Below, one piece after another: positions 7,848 through 15,872 of a stretch of DNA of 24,000 bases. The stretch comes from Candidatus Bathyarchaeia archaeon (GTDB lineage: Archaea; Asgardarchaeota; Heimdallarchaeia; JABLTI01). Positions within the stretch are counted from its first letter, which is position 1; each line of letters starts with the position of its first letter. The notes beneath the pieces were generated by a model. That model worked only from the letters and a program-made list of their open reading frames with translations, was not told where the DNA came from and made no database searches. Where the stretch lies: NCBI GenBank assembly GCA_035528035.1, contig DATKZI010000032.1, positions 10,375-34,374 of the forward strand. The letters run 5' to 3'. The position numbers were made by a program, and so were the translations under genes.

Positions 7848-10538
7848 CTAATTGGTTATTTTCGTGAAAGATAATTGACTACAAATTTGATTATATGTTT
7901 GTAGTAATAAATATTGTAGGTTTGATATTCCACCATGTATTTTTTTACCCATCTTATTTATTGTTATTAAACCAGGTTCAATTGTTTGATATGCTCTTCT
8001 AAAGGCATCTGAAATTATTAGTTCTGTTAAACTATTAATTTGTTGGTTTTCAAACGTCAGATAGGAATATACTCGACCTATTATCACTGGTTTTTCTTCT
8101 TCTGAAATAATGAAAAACTTTGATATTTCTTCTGAAATTATAGGAGGTTGAATTGGCGAGAAACTGGACAAATAATTTTTCTCATCGTCTGGTTTTGATA
8201 GATGTATTGTTGTGAAAAGTCTCAATGGTTTATTTAGGAGTAATCTATCACCTATTAAATTATATAATTCGTCTTTGAAATAATAACAAGATTTCATAAA
8301 TTGATACCTCTCAATATCACTATTGGGCAAGCTTTCTAATCTCTTATTAATTTCATCATTAACTCCTGATCGTAAAAATCTTGTAATGATATTTTCATGA
8401 ATCGGGAGATTTTCTATGTCAGTAATTTCCAAACCCAAACGAAAAACTGTATCAATTACTTGATCAAAATCAAGATTCCATTTTCTAAAGTTAGTAAATA
8501 TATCCCGAACTTCTTTGCTATATTCTGAATCCTTTTGAGGTAGTGGAACCGTTAAAAGTTGCATTGAAGTGATGTTTGTTGTTAATCCTTTAAAATTAAC
8601 AGATGTTGCTTCTGAAATTAAATCTAATTCTTTTTCCGAGAGGTTTTTGTTAGCATTCTTTAATTCATCAATTAATTTTCTAGTATATGGTACACTGATA
8701 TCTTGTATTCTCCCAAGGAATCCTGATACAAGGTATGCTTTCTTATTTTCACTAGTAATTCTGCCTTCCACTGCATCTGTTTCAATTTGAGTTACAATAT
8801 TAATTATACGTTCAGATGTCTTTCTAAATTGTTCATTCACATGTTCTACATCTATCGTTAATTTTCTTTCGGGGGTATATTCAATATTCGAATCAGGATC
8901 GAAAATTTTCAACTTTGCCTCAATATCATCAATAATCCTACTGAGCTGACCAATTAACCATGTTCTTGGACTAGAAAATGCTTGTATTATATCGAAAATT
9001 AATCCCATTTCAATTGTTAAGGATTCTGAAATATTGTAAAAAAACATTCCATCATTTGATATAACGGGAAGATTTTTCTTATCAATTGAAATGTTACCAT
9101 ATAGATAATCATGAATCCAGCTATAAATTCTACTTATGGCTCGTATTAAAGACTGGTTTTTTGTGATATTACTTTCTGGAGTTGCTGAAGGTAAATTGAT
9201 ATTTATTTTTTTAATTTCCTGATTTTCGGTAGTGATTACCTCTTTATCTTCAATAGGAGATTTCATGTATGTTGGTATACTGGGAGCGGTATTAGCTTTT
9301 CCTTTGGAAGATTTTTTAGGTGATAGGATTTCCTTTTGAGATTTCAAATCATCAAGATTTAGTGGTTTAGAAAGAGCTGTATTGATTATGTTCACAAATT
9401 GATTGAGATAACTTTTTGGGACGATTGTTGATTTAATATCAATAATGGCAGATAAGAATTCTTTTGCTAAATCAAAATCAATTAATAATTTAACAAATTG
9501 CTTCAAGTAAGTTTGTTCAAATGGATGATCACCTAATTCTAATAGAAAATATTTAACAAATTGCCAACCAATTAATTTTTCATTGCCATGTTTCAATTGT
9601 GAAATATTCTGTGAAATACTTCGTAAACTAATTCCAGAAGGACCTCGAATTGGTAAAAGATTGCAAACAAAATTCTCGAAAACTTTTGGTAATTCATTTT
9701 CATAAAAAATTTCTATGCGTTTTATGATATCATCAGAATAGAGTATTAAAGGCATTAAACCTGCCTTTAGAATATAATTGAACAAAGAAGCTGAAACTTG
9801 ATTTTTAAATTCTAATGTTTTTAGATCATTAGTAAATTTCTCTTTAATTACTTGGACATAATTCCAATATTCTTTTTTCCCAAAGAAATTGATAAAATCA
9901 AATGTTGGAAAATAGTCCGGGTAATATTGTTGTTCGATCCATTGAGAAAATTCACGTATTTGATATTCCAATAAAGAATCATTAAAGGTTAAAATAGTAA
10001 ATTTATCTTTTTCTTGTATGAAATTTGTATTTTCGTAAAACAGAGATTTCTTTGATCTTTTGCGATAATCGTTAATGGCATCAGCTAAAATTTGAATAGT
10101 TTCTTGATAAGAAGGAATATAACCTTCAATATTTCCTTTTATTAATTTCTTCGCTAAATGACTTCTTTGACAGATTATAACCATAATAGAATAACATAAT
10201 TCGCTTAAAGCTAACTCTTGTTCTCTAGATAATTCACCCTCTCGAACAATTATAGCAACACGCATTTGAGCACCATGTTTAATTTCAGGACCTATTAAAC
10301 CTAAAATATCATTCATTTGTGTTAAATGGCGAATGTATACATGAGCATTATAGAGCTCCGAATGTCGAAGTTCTCCTTGTTTTAATAATTCCTGAAACAT
10401 ATTTGACATGCCTGTAAGGGCGCCACTTAGTAATGTTGCATCAGAATCATCACCTTGAAAAACCCCTGCAGTAATAAAAGGAACGGACCCAGTCATAACT
10501 ACTAAATCGATTTTTTTAGCGATTATTTCTGTGCCCAT
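7848..10538 (-). CDS. Large (~896 aa) soluble protein of unknown function; N-terminal alpha/beta domain with a longin/roadblock-like secondary-structure pattern (tentative)
   Basis: ORF track 7848..10547 begins at a GTG. The ATG at 10538 (MGTEIIAKK...) is preceded by GGTGA with 5-nt spacing, so I prefer it. The first ~130 aa read as beta-beta-alpha-beta-beta-beta-alpha (LVVMTG / PFITAGV / ATLLSGALTGMSNMFQELL / LRHSELY / HVYIRHL / RVAIIVRE / EQELALSELCYSIMVII). A central Lys/Ser/Pro/Thr-rich linker (SPKKSSKGKANTAPSIPTYMKSPIEDKE) follows. The rest is Asn/Ile/Lys-rich and probably helical, with no catalytic motif recognised. Confidence 0.7.
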   Translation of the reverse strand: MGTEIIAKKIDLVVMTGSVPFITAGVFQGDDSDATLLSGALTGMSNMFQELLKQGELRHSELYNAHVYIRHLTQMNDILGLIGPEIKHGAQMRVAIIVREGELSREQELALSELCYSIMVIICQRSHLAKKLIKGNIEGYIPSYQETIQILADAINDYRKRSKKSLFYENTNFIQEKDKFTILTFNDSLLEYQIREFSQWIEQQYYPDYFPTFDFINFFGKKEYWNYVQVIKEKFTNDLKTLEFKNQVSASLFNYILKAGLMPLILYSDDIIKRIEIFYENELPKVFENFVCNLLPIRGPSGISLRSISQNISQLKHGNEKLIGWQFVKYFLLELGDHPFEQTYLKQFVKLLIDFDLAKEFLSAIIDIKSTIVPKSYLNQFVNIINTALSKPLNLDDLKSQKEILSPKKSSKGKANTAPSIPTYMKSPIEDKEVITTENQEIKKININLPSATPESNITKNQSLIRAISRIYSWIHDYLYGNISIDKKNLPVISNDGMFFYNISESLTIEMGLIFDIIQAFSSPRTWLIGQLSRIIDDIEAKLKIFDPDSNIEYTPERKLTIDVEHVNEQFRKTSERIINIVTQIETDAVEGRITSENKKAYLVSGFLGRIQDISVPYTRKLIDELKNANKNLSEKELDLISEATSVNFKGLTTNITSMQLLTVPLPQKDSEYSKEVRDIFTNFRKWNLDFDQVIDTVFRLGLEITDIENLPIHENIITRFLRSGVNDEINKRLESLPNSDIERYQFMKSCYYFKDELYNLIGDRLLLNKPLRLFTTIHLSKPDDEKNYLSSFSPIQPPIISEEISKFFIISEEEKPVIIGRVYSYLTFENQQINSLTELIISDAFRRAYQTIEPGLITINKMGKKIHGGISNLQYLLLQTYNQICSQLSFTKITN

Positions 10539-10742
10539 ATATTTCACCTAATATAATTATATTAACAACAAATACTTTTTAGATAGCTAAAAAAATCTTT
10601 CCTTGATATCTTGGAAAAAAATAAACTGTGAATCAATTATTTTTTTCACGGGGTTTTTATAAGTAAAAACACATTTGATTAAATTTCAAAATCACTAAAT
10701 GAAAATAAAAATAGAAAAAAAAGTATAGAAAAACATCAAAAA

Positions 10743-11474
10743 CTAGATTTGATGCATCCATAACAAACTTCTATAAACACCGATAATTCTATCTTTAAGC
10801 TCTTGGGCTGCTTTTGCTTCATTAAATTTCTCTAAACCTTTGAGGACTTTTCGACAATAATCACATTCTTCACCATTAATGACTCTTTTTTCATCGATTT
10901 CTAAAAAGACTTCTGATTCATAATAGTCCTTTAAGTTTGGAGCAATACCAATGATATCATAATCTCGAGGATCAACAAAAGTCTCAGTATACCAGCTTAT
11001 TCGTAAATCCTTTTTGTGAACAAAAAGTTTTAGCGTGGCAATAGCTATTTCCATGAGGGCTAAATCACCTACAACTATAACAGTTTTACCTGTCATAATG
11101 GGTTTCATAACATATTCTAAGTTCCCACCAAATGTTTTGAGCATTAAGGTGATGCTAGCTCTTGCTTCTGGTCTTGGTGTCCCAGCAGCTGCTGATGCTG
11201 TACTGGATGCTGATGCTTGATATGTTGTTTCAGCAGCTGATCTCGCAGCAACTTCTTCTCTGCTTGTTCTTGCAATGGTTGATGCTCGATGCTGTCGTAA
11301 TGCAAGATTTTTATCAAGAAGAAGAGTAATAACATGATCATCATGTAGAAAAGATACTTGCCATAACCCACCGACTTGTGTCTTCAAATCATCTACATAA
11401 ATTGGTATAGTTATATCCTTATCACAGCCTTTACATGTGAGAGATACTTCTTTTAATGGTACCCTAGCGGACAA
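10743..11474 (-). CDS. Hypothetical two-domain protein with Ala/Ser/Thr-rich linker
   Basis: 243 aa. TTG start preceded by GGAG about 10 nt upstream, and no in-frame ATG before residue ~110. The N-terminal beta-rich part carries CKGC. The locally GC-rich linker reads ARSAAETTYQASASSTASAAAGTPRPEARA. The C-terminal alpha/beta part contains GKTVIVVGDLALMEIAIATLKLF...DIIGIAPNL and a late CDYC. Confidence 0.6.
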   Translation of the reverse strand: MSARVPLKEVSLTCKGCDKDITIPIYVDDLKTQVGGLWQVSFLHDDHVITLLLDKNLALRQHRASTIARTSREEVAARSAAETTYQASASSTASAAAGTPRPEARASITLMLKTFGGNLEYVMKPIMTGKTVIVVGDLALMEIAIATLKLFVHKKDLRISWYTETFVDPRDYDIIGIAPNLKDYYESEVFLEIDEKRVINGEECDYCRKVLKGLEKFNEAKAAQELKDRIIGVYRSLLWMHQI

Positions 11475-11559
11475 AATTTAACAACTCCGACTAATTTAGC
11501 TACAAATATACTTTTTGATTTTCTTAGTAAGTACTAAATATATTTCCTTTAAAGATTTG

Positions 11560-11590
11560 TGGAAAAATTATCCGCATTTAAAGGATAATT
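11560..11590. promoter_or_regulatory. Palindrome AATTATCC-N9-GGATAATT embedded in a motif shared with 13961-13985
   Basis: The 8-bp perfect inverted arms lie at 11566-11573 and 11583-11590, about 90-115 nt upstream of the 243-aa gene start. The left part TGGAAAAATTATCCGCATT resembles TGGAAATTATCCACATT at 13961-13977. Confidence 0.35.
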
Positions 11591-11686
11591 AAATTACTTT
11601 CTTTACTGGAATTATATATGTAATACTTTCTATTATCCATATAATACTATTCCTTTTTCTGTTAATAAAAGGTTTTTTTACGGCAA

Positions 11687-13390
11687 TTAAATCAAAAAAG
11701 CTATTAGTATAAAGATTATTCCAAAATAGAATGATACAGTCATAGCTAATGGAAGCAATCTTTTACTTCGAAGTACTATTCTTGGAAGATCTTTAAACTT
11801 GTATGGAAATTTCCTCACTTCCCGTAAAGAGAAAAAGGGAATAGATGTTGCAACTCTACCTATAAATCCTACAGCTAATGCTATTGTAATAGCACGATAT
11901 TGAGAATATCCTGGAGAAAATCCAAAAAAGGAAATATTTCCCATAAGGAAATCCATTAAATAACCACCAAACAATGACCCAAGGAATAATATTATTCCAT
12001 AAAACATATTGTAAAAACCAACATACATGCTTCTTTCTTTTTCAGGAGTAACATCAATCAAATAAGCTTCTAATACAGCAGAATTCAAGCCAAGTGGTAT
12101 ACAAATAACTGCGTGAAGAATTATAATGTGCCAAACTTGAGTTGCAAACATATAACTAAAAGGCATAGCAGCTAAAATTAATCGATTCATAATCATTTGT
12201 GGTTTTCGACCTATAAGGTCAGATACACGACCAGCATAACGTATAGTAGTTAAAGTCGCTGTGCTCATTACTACCGAAAAAATAGCTATCTGTAAAAAAT
12301 CAGCTCCAATATCTGATCTTTGTCTTATAGGAAATAATGGCCAACACATTGACATAAAAAAGGATTGAATTCCAAAGACAATGGTAAATTTCATGAAATT
12401 CTTATTTCTAAGCATTAAGAGGATTCTATTGGATGAAGTGGGAATTTCGTGTGTAGTTTTTGATTTTGTTTTAATTTTTTTATCTACTAAAATCTCTGAA
12501 GAAACACAAACTGTTTTACTTCCTGAATTAGTAATTTGTTGAGGGTCCTTATCACTAGCTAGCACACCTTTGATTACACAAGGTTCTATCACAGTTTTCA
12601 GTTTTTTATTTGCTTTCTTTTGATCTTTCTCATGTAATAAAGCATTTAATTTTTGAGCTCGTTCTTTAGCTTTTTTCTCTTTAAAAGTGAAAATAACAAC
12701 AGCTGAGGCTAAACCAGCTATTAACCCTATTAAAATCGGAAAGAAGTAACTCCTTGGAAAAACCCTGGAACCCAATGAGAATTCTCCGACAATATAATTG
12801 AATAATACTCCTCCTAGAATTGTTGAGAGAATATATGGTAATTGTGAAAACCAATTAAGGTTAGCAATAATTTTCCCCCGAACTTTAGCAGGAGTAATCT
12901 CTCCTAGTAATGCCATCCAAGCAGGAGCACCCATTGAAACAACAAGAGAGATGATTCCAGCGATAACTATGATCATGGTTACATTATTTACAAATAAAAG
13001 TAAAACCCAAATGCTAGAATAGAGAATATTTGATAATGCAACGAAAATTGAGCGTCGTTGAACACGATCAGATAAAAAGCCAAACAATGGTTGAACAAAA
13101 TTACCTAATAAATTTGTAACTGCTCGTAACCAACCCATTTGACCACCAGTAGCTCCTAAATCAACAGCAATGGTAGTTAGAAAAGGATCAACCATTCCAT
13201 AACTAAAAGTCGCTAAAGCAGATCTTCCATAAATTTTCTCTCGATCTGGTATTTTTATTAATTCATCATCAGATAAATCAACTTTGCCAGGAGGTATCTT
13301 TTTTATTTCATCAGTTAATGGAAGAAGAGGAACTGCAGTTATAGGAGCAATAGTTTGTTTTTCAGCTCCCGAAGGTTCATTATCTGGCAA
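11687..13390 (-). CDS. Major facilitator superfamily transporter with long Lys-rich central cytoplasmic loop
   Basis: 567 aa, about 12 TM. MFS motif A-like GFLSDRVQRRS lies after TM2. A central loop of ~100 aa separates the two halves (KEKKAKERAQKLNALLHEKDQKKANKK...). The TTG start at 13390 is preceded by AGGTG with 8-nt spacing. Confidence 0.8.
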   Translation of the reverse strand: MPDNEPSGAEKQTIAPITAVPLLPLTDEIKKIPPGKVDLSDDELIKIPDREKIYGRSALATFSYGMVDPFLTTIAVDLGATGGQMGWLRAVTNLLGNFVQPLFGFLSDRVQRRSIFVALSNILYSSIWVLLLFVNNVTMIIVIAGIISLVVSMGAPAWMALLGEITPAKVRGKIIANLNWFSQLPYILSTILGGVLFNYIVGEFSLGSRVFPRSYFFPILIGLIAGLASAVVIFTFKEKKAKERAQKLNALLHEKDQKKANKKLKTVIEPCVIKGVLASDKDPQQITNSGSKTVCVSSEILVDKKIKTKSKTTHEIPTSSNRILLMLRNKNFMKFTIVFGIQSFFMSMCWPLFPIRQRSDIGADFLQIAIFSVVMSTATLTTIRYAGRVSDLIGRKPQMIMNRLILAAMPFSYMFATQVWHIIILHAVICIPLGLNSAVLEAYLIDVTPEKERSMYVGFYNMFYGIILFLGSLFGGYLMDFLMGNISFFGFSPGYSQYRAITIALAVGFIGRVATSIPFFSLREVRKFPYKFKDLPRIVLRSKRLLPLAMTVSFYFGIIFILIAFLI

Positions 13391-13532
13391 AATTAAACAC
13401 CTATTGATTTAATGCTACTTTAACTTTTTAGTCTCAGATAGAGTTTTGTTCTAAAAACTTTCTGATTTATATTATCTTAGACATCGATTAATGAAAATTA
13501 AAAACTGGTAAAATACAAAATTATTTCTTCTA

Positions 13533-13565
13533 AAATAAAAAAAAGAAGAAGAGATAAATCTCTTC
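13533..13565 (-). terminator. Hairpin plus T-rich tract downstream of the 116-aa membrane-protein gene
   Basis: GAAGAGA-TAAA-TCTCTTC forms a perfect 7-bp stem at 13548-13565. On the minus strand it is followed by TTCTTTTTTTTATTTT (complement of 13533-13547). It begins 12 nt after the stop codon. Confidence 0.5.
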
Positions 13566-13576
13566 GATTTTTTCAA

Positions 13577-13927
13577 TTATTCAATAAATCTGGCAACTAA
13601 TACGAGGATACCACCAAGGATAACGATATAACCGCCAATACCAAACATGAGTACACCAAGTATAATGATTATAATTGCCCAAATGATTTTATCGAAATCA
13701 AAGAATTTCAAAAAAGTCTTTAGACCTATTAGAAGTGCTAACGCACTTGCTGCGAGGGCAACTATAGGACCAACGATTCCAGTTAAGAAAATTCCTAGAA
13801 AACCAGGTCCGCCTAAATACCAACTTTGGAAAAAAGCCTTTCCAAGAAAGTTGAGTATTCCAAAAACTACGCCAACTATTCCTCCAACTAATGTTGCGAG
13901 GAAGCCAATCTTATCTAATTTAACCAT
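13577..13927 (-). CDS. Small Gly-rich integral membrane protein, unknown function
   Basis: 116 aa with ~4 TM segments (GFLATLVGGIVGVVFGIL, GFLGIFLTGIVGPIVALAASALALLIGL, IIWAIIIIILGVLMFGIGGYIVILGGILVLV). ATG start, with a hairpin plus T-run downstream. Confidence 0.6.
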   Translation of the reverse strand: MVKLDKIGFLATLVGGIVGVVFGILNFLGKAFFQSWYLGGPGFLGIFLTGIVGPIVALAASALALLIGLKTFLKFFDFDKIIWAIIIIILGVLMFGIGGYIVILGGILVLVARFIE

Positions 13928-13960
13928 TGTTGTAATAACTTCCTTATAGTTAGTAATTGA

Positions 13961-13985
13961 TGGAAATTATCCACATTGTGTGGAT
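13961..13985. promoter_or_regulatory. Perfect palindrome ATCCACA-TTG-TGTGGAT preceded by TGGAAATT
   Basis: The palindrome spans 13969-13985, 42-58 nt upstream of the 116-aa membrane-protein gene start (13927). It shares TGGAAA..TTATCC(R)CATT with 11560-11578. Confidence 0.35.
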
Positions 13986-14285
13986 TGAAGTATAAACCAA
14001 ATTATCAAATAAAAGGATTATGCACTTTAACAGTAAAAGAGTAAAATCATAGTTTGAAATTAAATTTTTATCGTTTTTAGGGAAATCTTCACATGAAATT
14101 TCCTAATGTAAAAATCACCATTATTAGTTTAATATCAAAGATTTTTAGAGAAAAGTAGAATTATTATTACTTAAGATGAAGGTAGTATTAATATACTAAA
14201 AGTAAAAAGCTATTGAATATACCCCAAAGACATAACAACCAAAAAGATTTTAAAATAAAATATGACGCAAATATAACGTAACGCT

Positions 14286-14360
14286 GCCGCGTTAGCTCAG
14301 CGGTAGAGCTCTCGGCTGTTAACCGGGTGGCCACAGGTTCAAATCCTGTACGCGGCGCCA
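14286..14360 (+). tRNA. tRNA-Asn (anticodon GTT) with genomically encoded CCA
   Basis: Cloverleaf folded by hand. Acceptor GCCGCGT/ACGCGGC. D arm GCTC-AGCGGTA-GAGC. Anticodon arm CTCGG-CTGTTAA-CCGGG. Variable loop TGGCC. T arm ACAGG-TTCAAAT-CCTGT. Discriminator G, then CCA at 14358-14360. A T-run (TTGTTTTCT) follows. An A/T-rich TATA-like TTTTAAAATA lies at 14248-14257, about 30 nt upstream. Confidence 0.95.
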
Positions 14361-14368
14361 ATTGTTTT

Positions 14369-14626
14369 CTAAAATTCTTCGTCGATTTCATGTAAGATTT
14401 CTAATGCTTTCTCAAGTTTATTGTTAATATAAAAACTCATATCACCATAATCCTCATCATGTAAAATTCTTGAAACATCTATAAAAGCTTCTTCTAATGC
14501 TTCATGAGCCATTTTCATTAATTCTTCTTTCTCCTCTTCCTCTTCAATCGCAGCGAATTTTGCTCCCACAAATAAAGAACCATTTCCTACTGCTTTTACA
14601 AAAAAGAAATTAAAATACTCAGGCAT
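14369..14626 (-). CDS. Small acidic hypothetical protein
   Basis: 85 aa. The ATG is preceded by GAGGA about 9 nt upstream. A hydrophobic N-terminus (MPEYFNFFFVKAVGNGSLFVGAKFAAI) is followed by a strongly acidic helical region (EEEEEKEELMKMAHEALEEAF...HEIDEEF). It is convergent with the tRNA; its stop lies 8 nt after the CCA end. Confidence 0.5.
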   Translation of the reverse strand: MPEYFNFFFVKAVGNGSLFVGAKFAAIEEEEEKEELMKMAHEALEEAFIDVSRILHDEDYGDMSFYINNKLEKALEILHEIDEEF

Positions 14627-14789
14627 TTTACTTTTCCTCGTACATTTCAGTATTATTTTTCTTTAAAATTTCTTTCCTTTAAGGTGCTTTTTTTAATATT
14701 CATATGAAGCGATATTCTTATAATAAATCTCTTTTCTTTATCTTTTATACCTTTGACCTTCATAGATTTACAAGTAGGGATATTACCAA

Positions 14790-15845
14790 ATGGCTATCAT
14801 TGTTGACGAGAATAAAACTGTTAGAGATTATAACTCCAGGGAAGAAGAAATCCTTGAAACACTTAAATTAGTTGAAGGTTCTAATCTCTGGGATATTACC
14901 TTTCGAAGAATGAAGAGAGATAAATTAGGTATGTTTGGTTTTGGTGTTGTAATCTTTCTGTCAATTATTGCTATTGTCGCCTTTTTAATCATACAGTATG
15001 ACAAATGGTTTGGTTTGGCAAATCCTACTAATGATCCTTGGGACATGCATAATTATTATATTGAAATTTGGATTCCTGGTACAGAAAAATATCTTAGATT
15101 AATTGCTCATCCAAGACATATTATTGCAGGAGATGAAACACTTCCTCCCTCTTGGAAATATCCTTTTGGTACTGATGCTATGGGACATGATATTTTTTCT
15201 AGAATGATTTTTGGTACTCCTTTATCTCTTGCTTTAGGATTATCAGGACAATTCTTTACAACAATAATCGGTACGGCTGTAGGAGCTATATCAGGTTATT
15301 ATGGTGGTTTATTTGATGATATAATCCAACGTATAAATGAGGTAATTATTGGCCTGCCTGATTTTATTTTGTTTATCTTTGCAGTTGCCCTTTTCCGGGA
15401 AGTATCCCAAACAATTGAAGGGGGATACTATATAGTTGTGCTGACGATATTATCTCTGATTAGCTGGGGTGGTACAAGTCTAATTGTTCGAAGTACTGTT
15501 TTGAGTCTGAAAGCTCGAGAATTTATAGAAGCTGAACGAGCTCTCGGTGCTAGCCCCCGCCGAATCATCTTCAAACACATTATACCAAATGCATTATCAC
15601 CAATTATTATTATTACAACATTGGGTATTGCTGGTACTATAATGAGCATTACTGGATTAGCTTTCTTTGGATTTGGTGATCCAACAGCTGTTTCTTGGGG
15701 TGATGACCTAGCAACCTATAGAGATCAATTAATGACCCATTGGTGGATGCCCACATGGCCTGCAACGATGATTTTTATTACTATGTTGGGATTCAATCTC
15801 ATGGGCGATGCTTTGCGAGATGCATTAGATCCAAAATTAAAATAA
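14790..15845 (+). CDS. ABC transporter permease, OppC/DppC (peptide/nickel) type
   Basis: 351 aa. N-terminal LWDITFRRMKRDKLGMFGFGVVIFL (OppC_N-like). PFGTDAMGHDIFSRMIFG precedes TM2. Classic EAA loop EAERALGASPRRIIFKHIIPNALSPIII. Confidence 0.85.
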   Translation: MAIIVDENKTVRDYNSREEEILETLKLVEGSNLWDITFRRMKRDKLGMFGFGVVIFLSIIAIVAFLIIQYDKWFGLANPTNDPWDMHNYYIEIWIPGTEKYLRLIAHPRHIIAGDETLPPSWKYPFGTDAMGHDIFSRMIFGTPLSLALGLSGQFFTTIIGTAVGAISGYYGGLFDDIIQRINEVIIGLPDFILFIFAVALFREVSQTIEGGYYIVVLTILSLISWGGTSLIVRSTVLSLKAREFIEAERALGASPRRIIFKHIIPNALSPIIIITTLGIAGTIMSITGLAFFGFGDPTAVSWGDDLATYRDQLMTHWWMPTWPATMIFITMLGFNLMGDALRDALDPKLK

Positions 15846-15872
15846 AGAAGAGAATTATTTTTCTTCTTTCAT

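Noticed and set aside
8569-8790. Plus-strand 73-aa ORF inside the 896-aa gene
   Set aside because: It is an antisense shadow ORF in AT-rich coding sequence.
10548-10742. Weak hairpin GTGAA-N13-TTCAC (about 10628-10650) between the 243-aa and 896-aa genes, considered as a terminator
   Set aside because: It has only a 5-bp stem with a large loop. The multiple oligo-T runs on the minus strand in this spacer are sufficient to explain termination, so I could not support a discrete structured element.
11035-11371. ORFs 11035..11220 (+) and 11144..11371 (-, alternative frame), and the idea that the GC-rich patch is inserted foreign DNA
   Set aside because: Both ORFs are by-products of the GC-rich, stop-poor Ala/Ser/Thr linker of the 243-aa gene. 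The patch is in frame with flanking coding sequence and has no repeats or insertion scars, so it is coding low-complexity sequence rather than an insertion.
12798-13949. Plus-strand ORFs 12798..13022 and 13647..13949
   Set aside because: They are antisense to the MFS transporter and to the Gly-rich membrane protein. The latter's GGN/GCN-rich codons give an open, Pro-rich reverse frame.
14286-14360. tRNA-Asn as an integration site of a mobile element or genomic island
   Set aside because: I found no integrase or recombinase gene in the window and no direct repeat of the tRNA 3' segment on inspection. There is also no compositional break on either side.
14188-14391. Minus-strand 67-aa ORF overlapping the tRNA
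   Set aside because: It runs antisense straight through tRNA-Asn. The tRNA cloverleaf is unambiguous, so the ORF is spurious.
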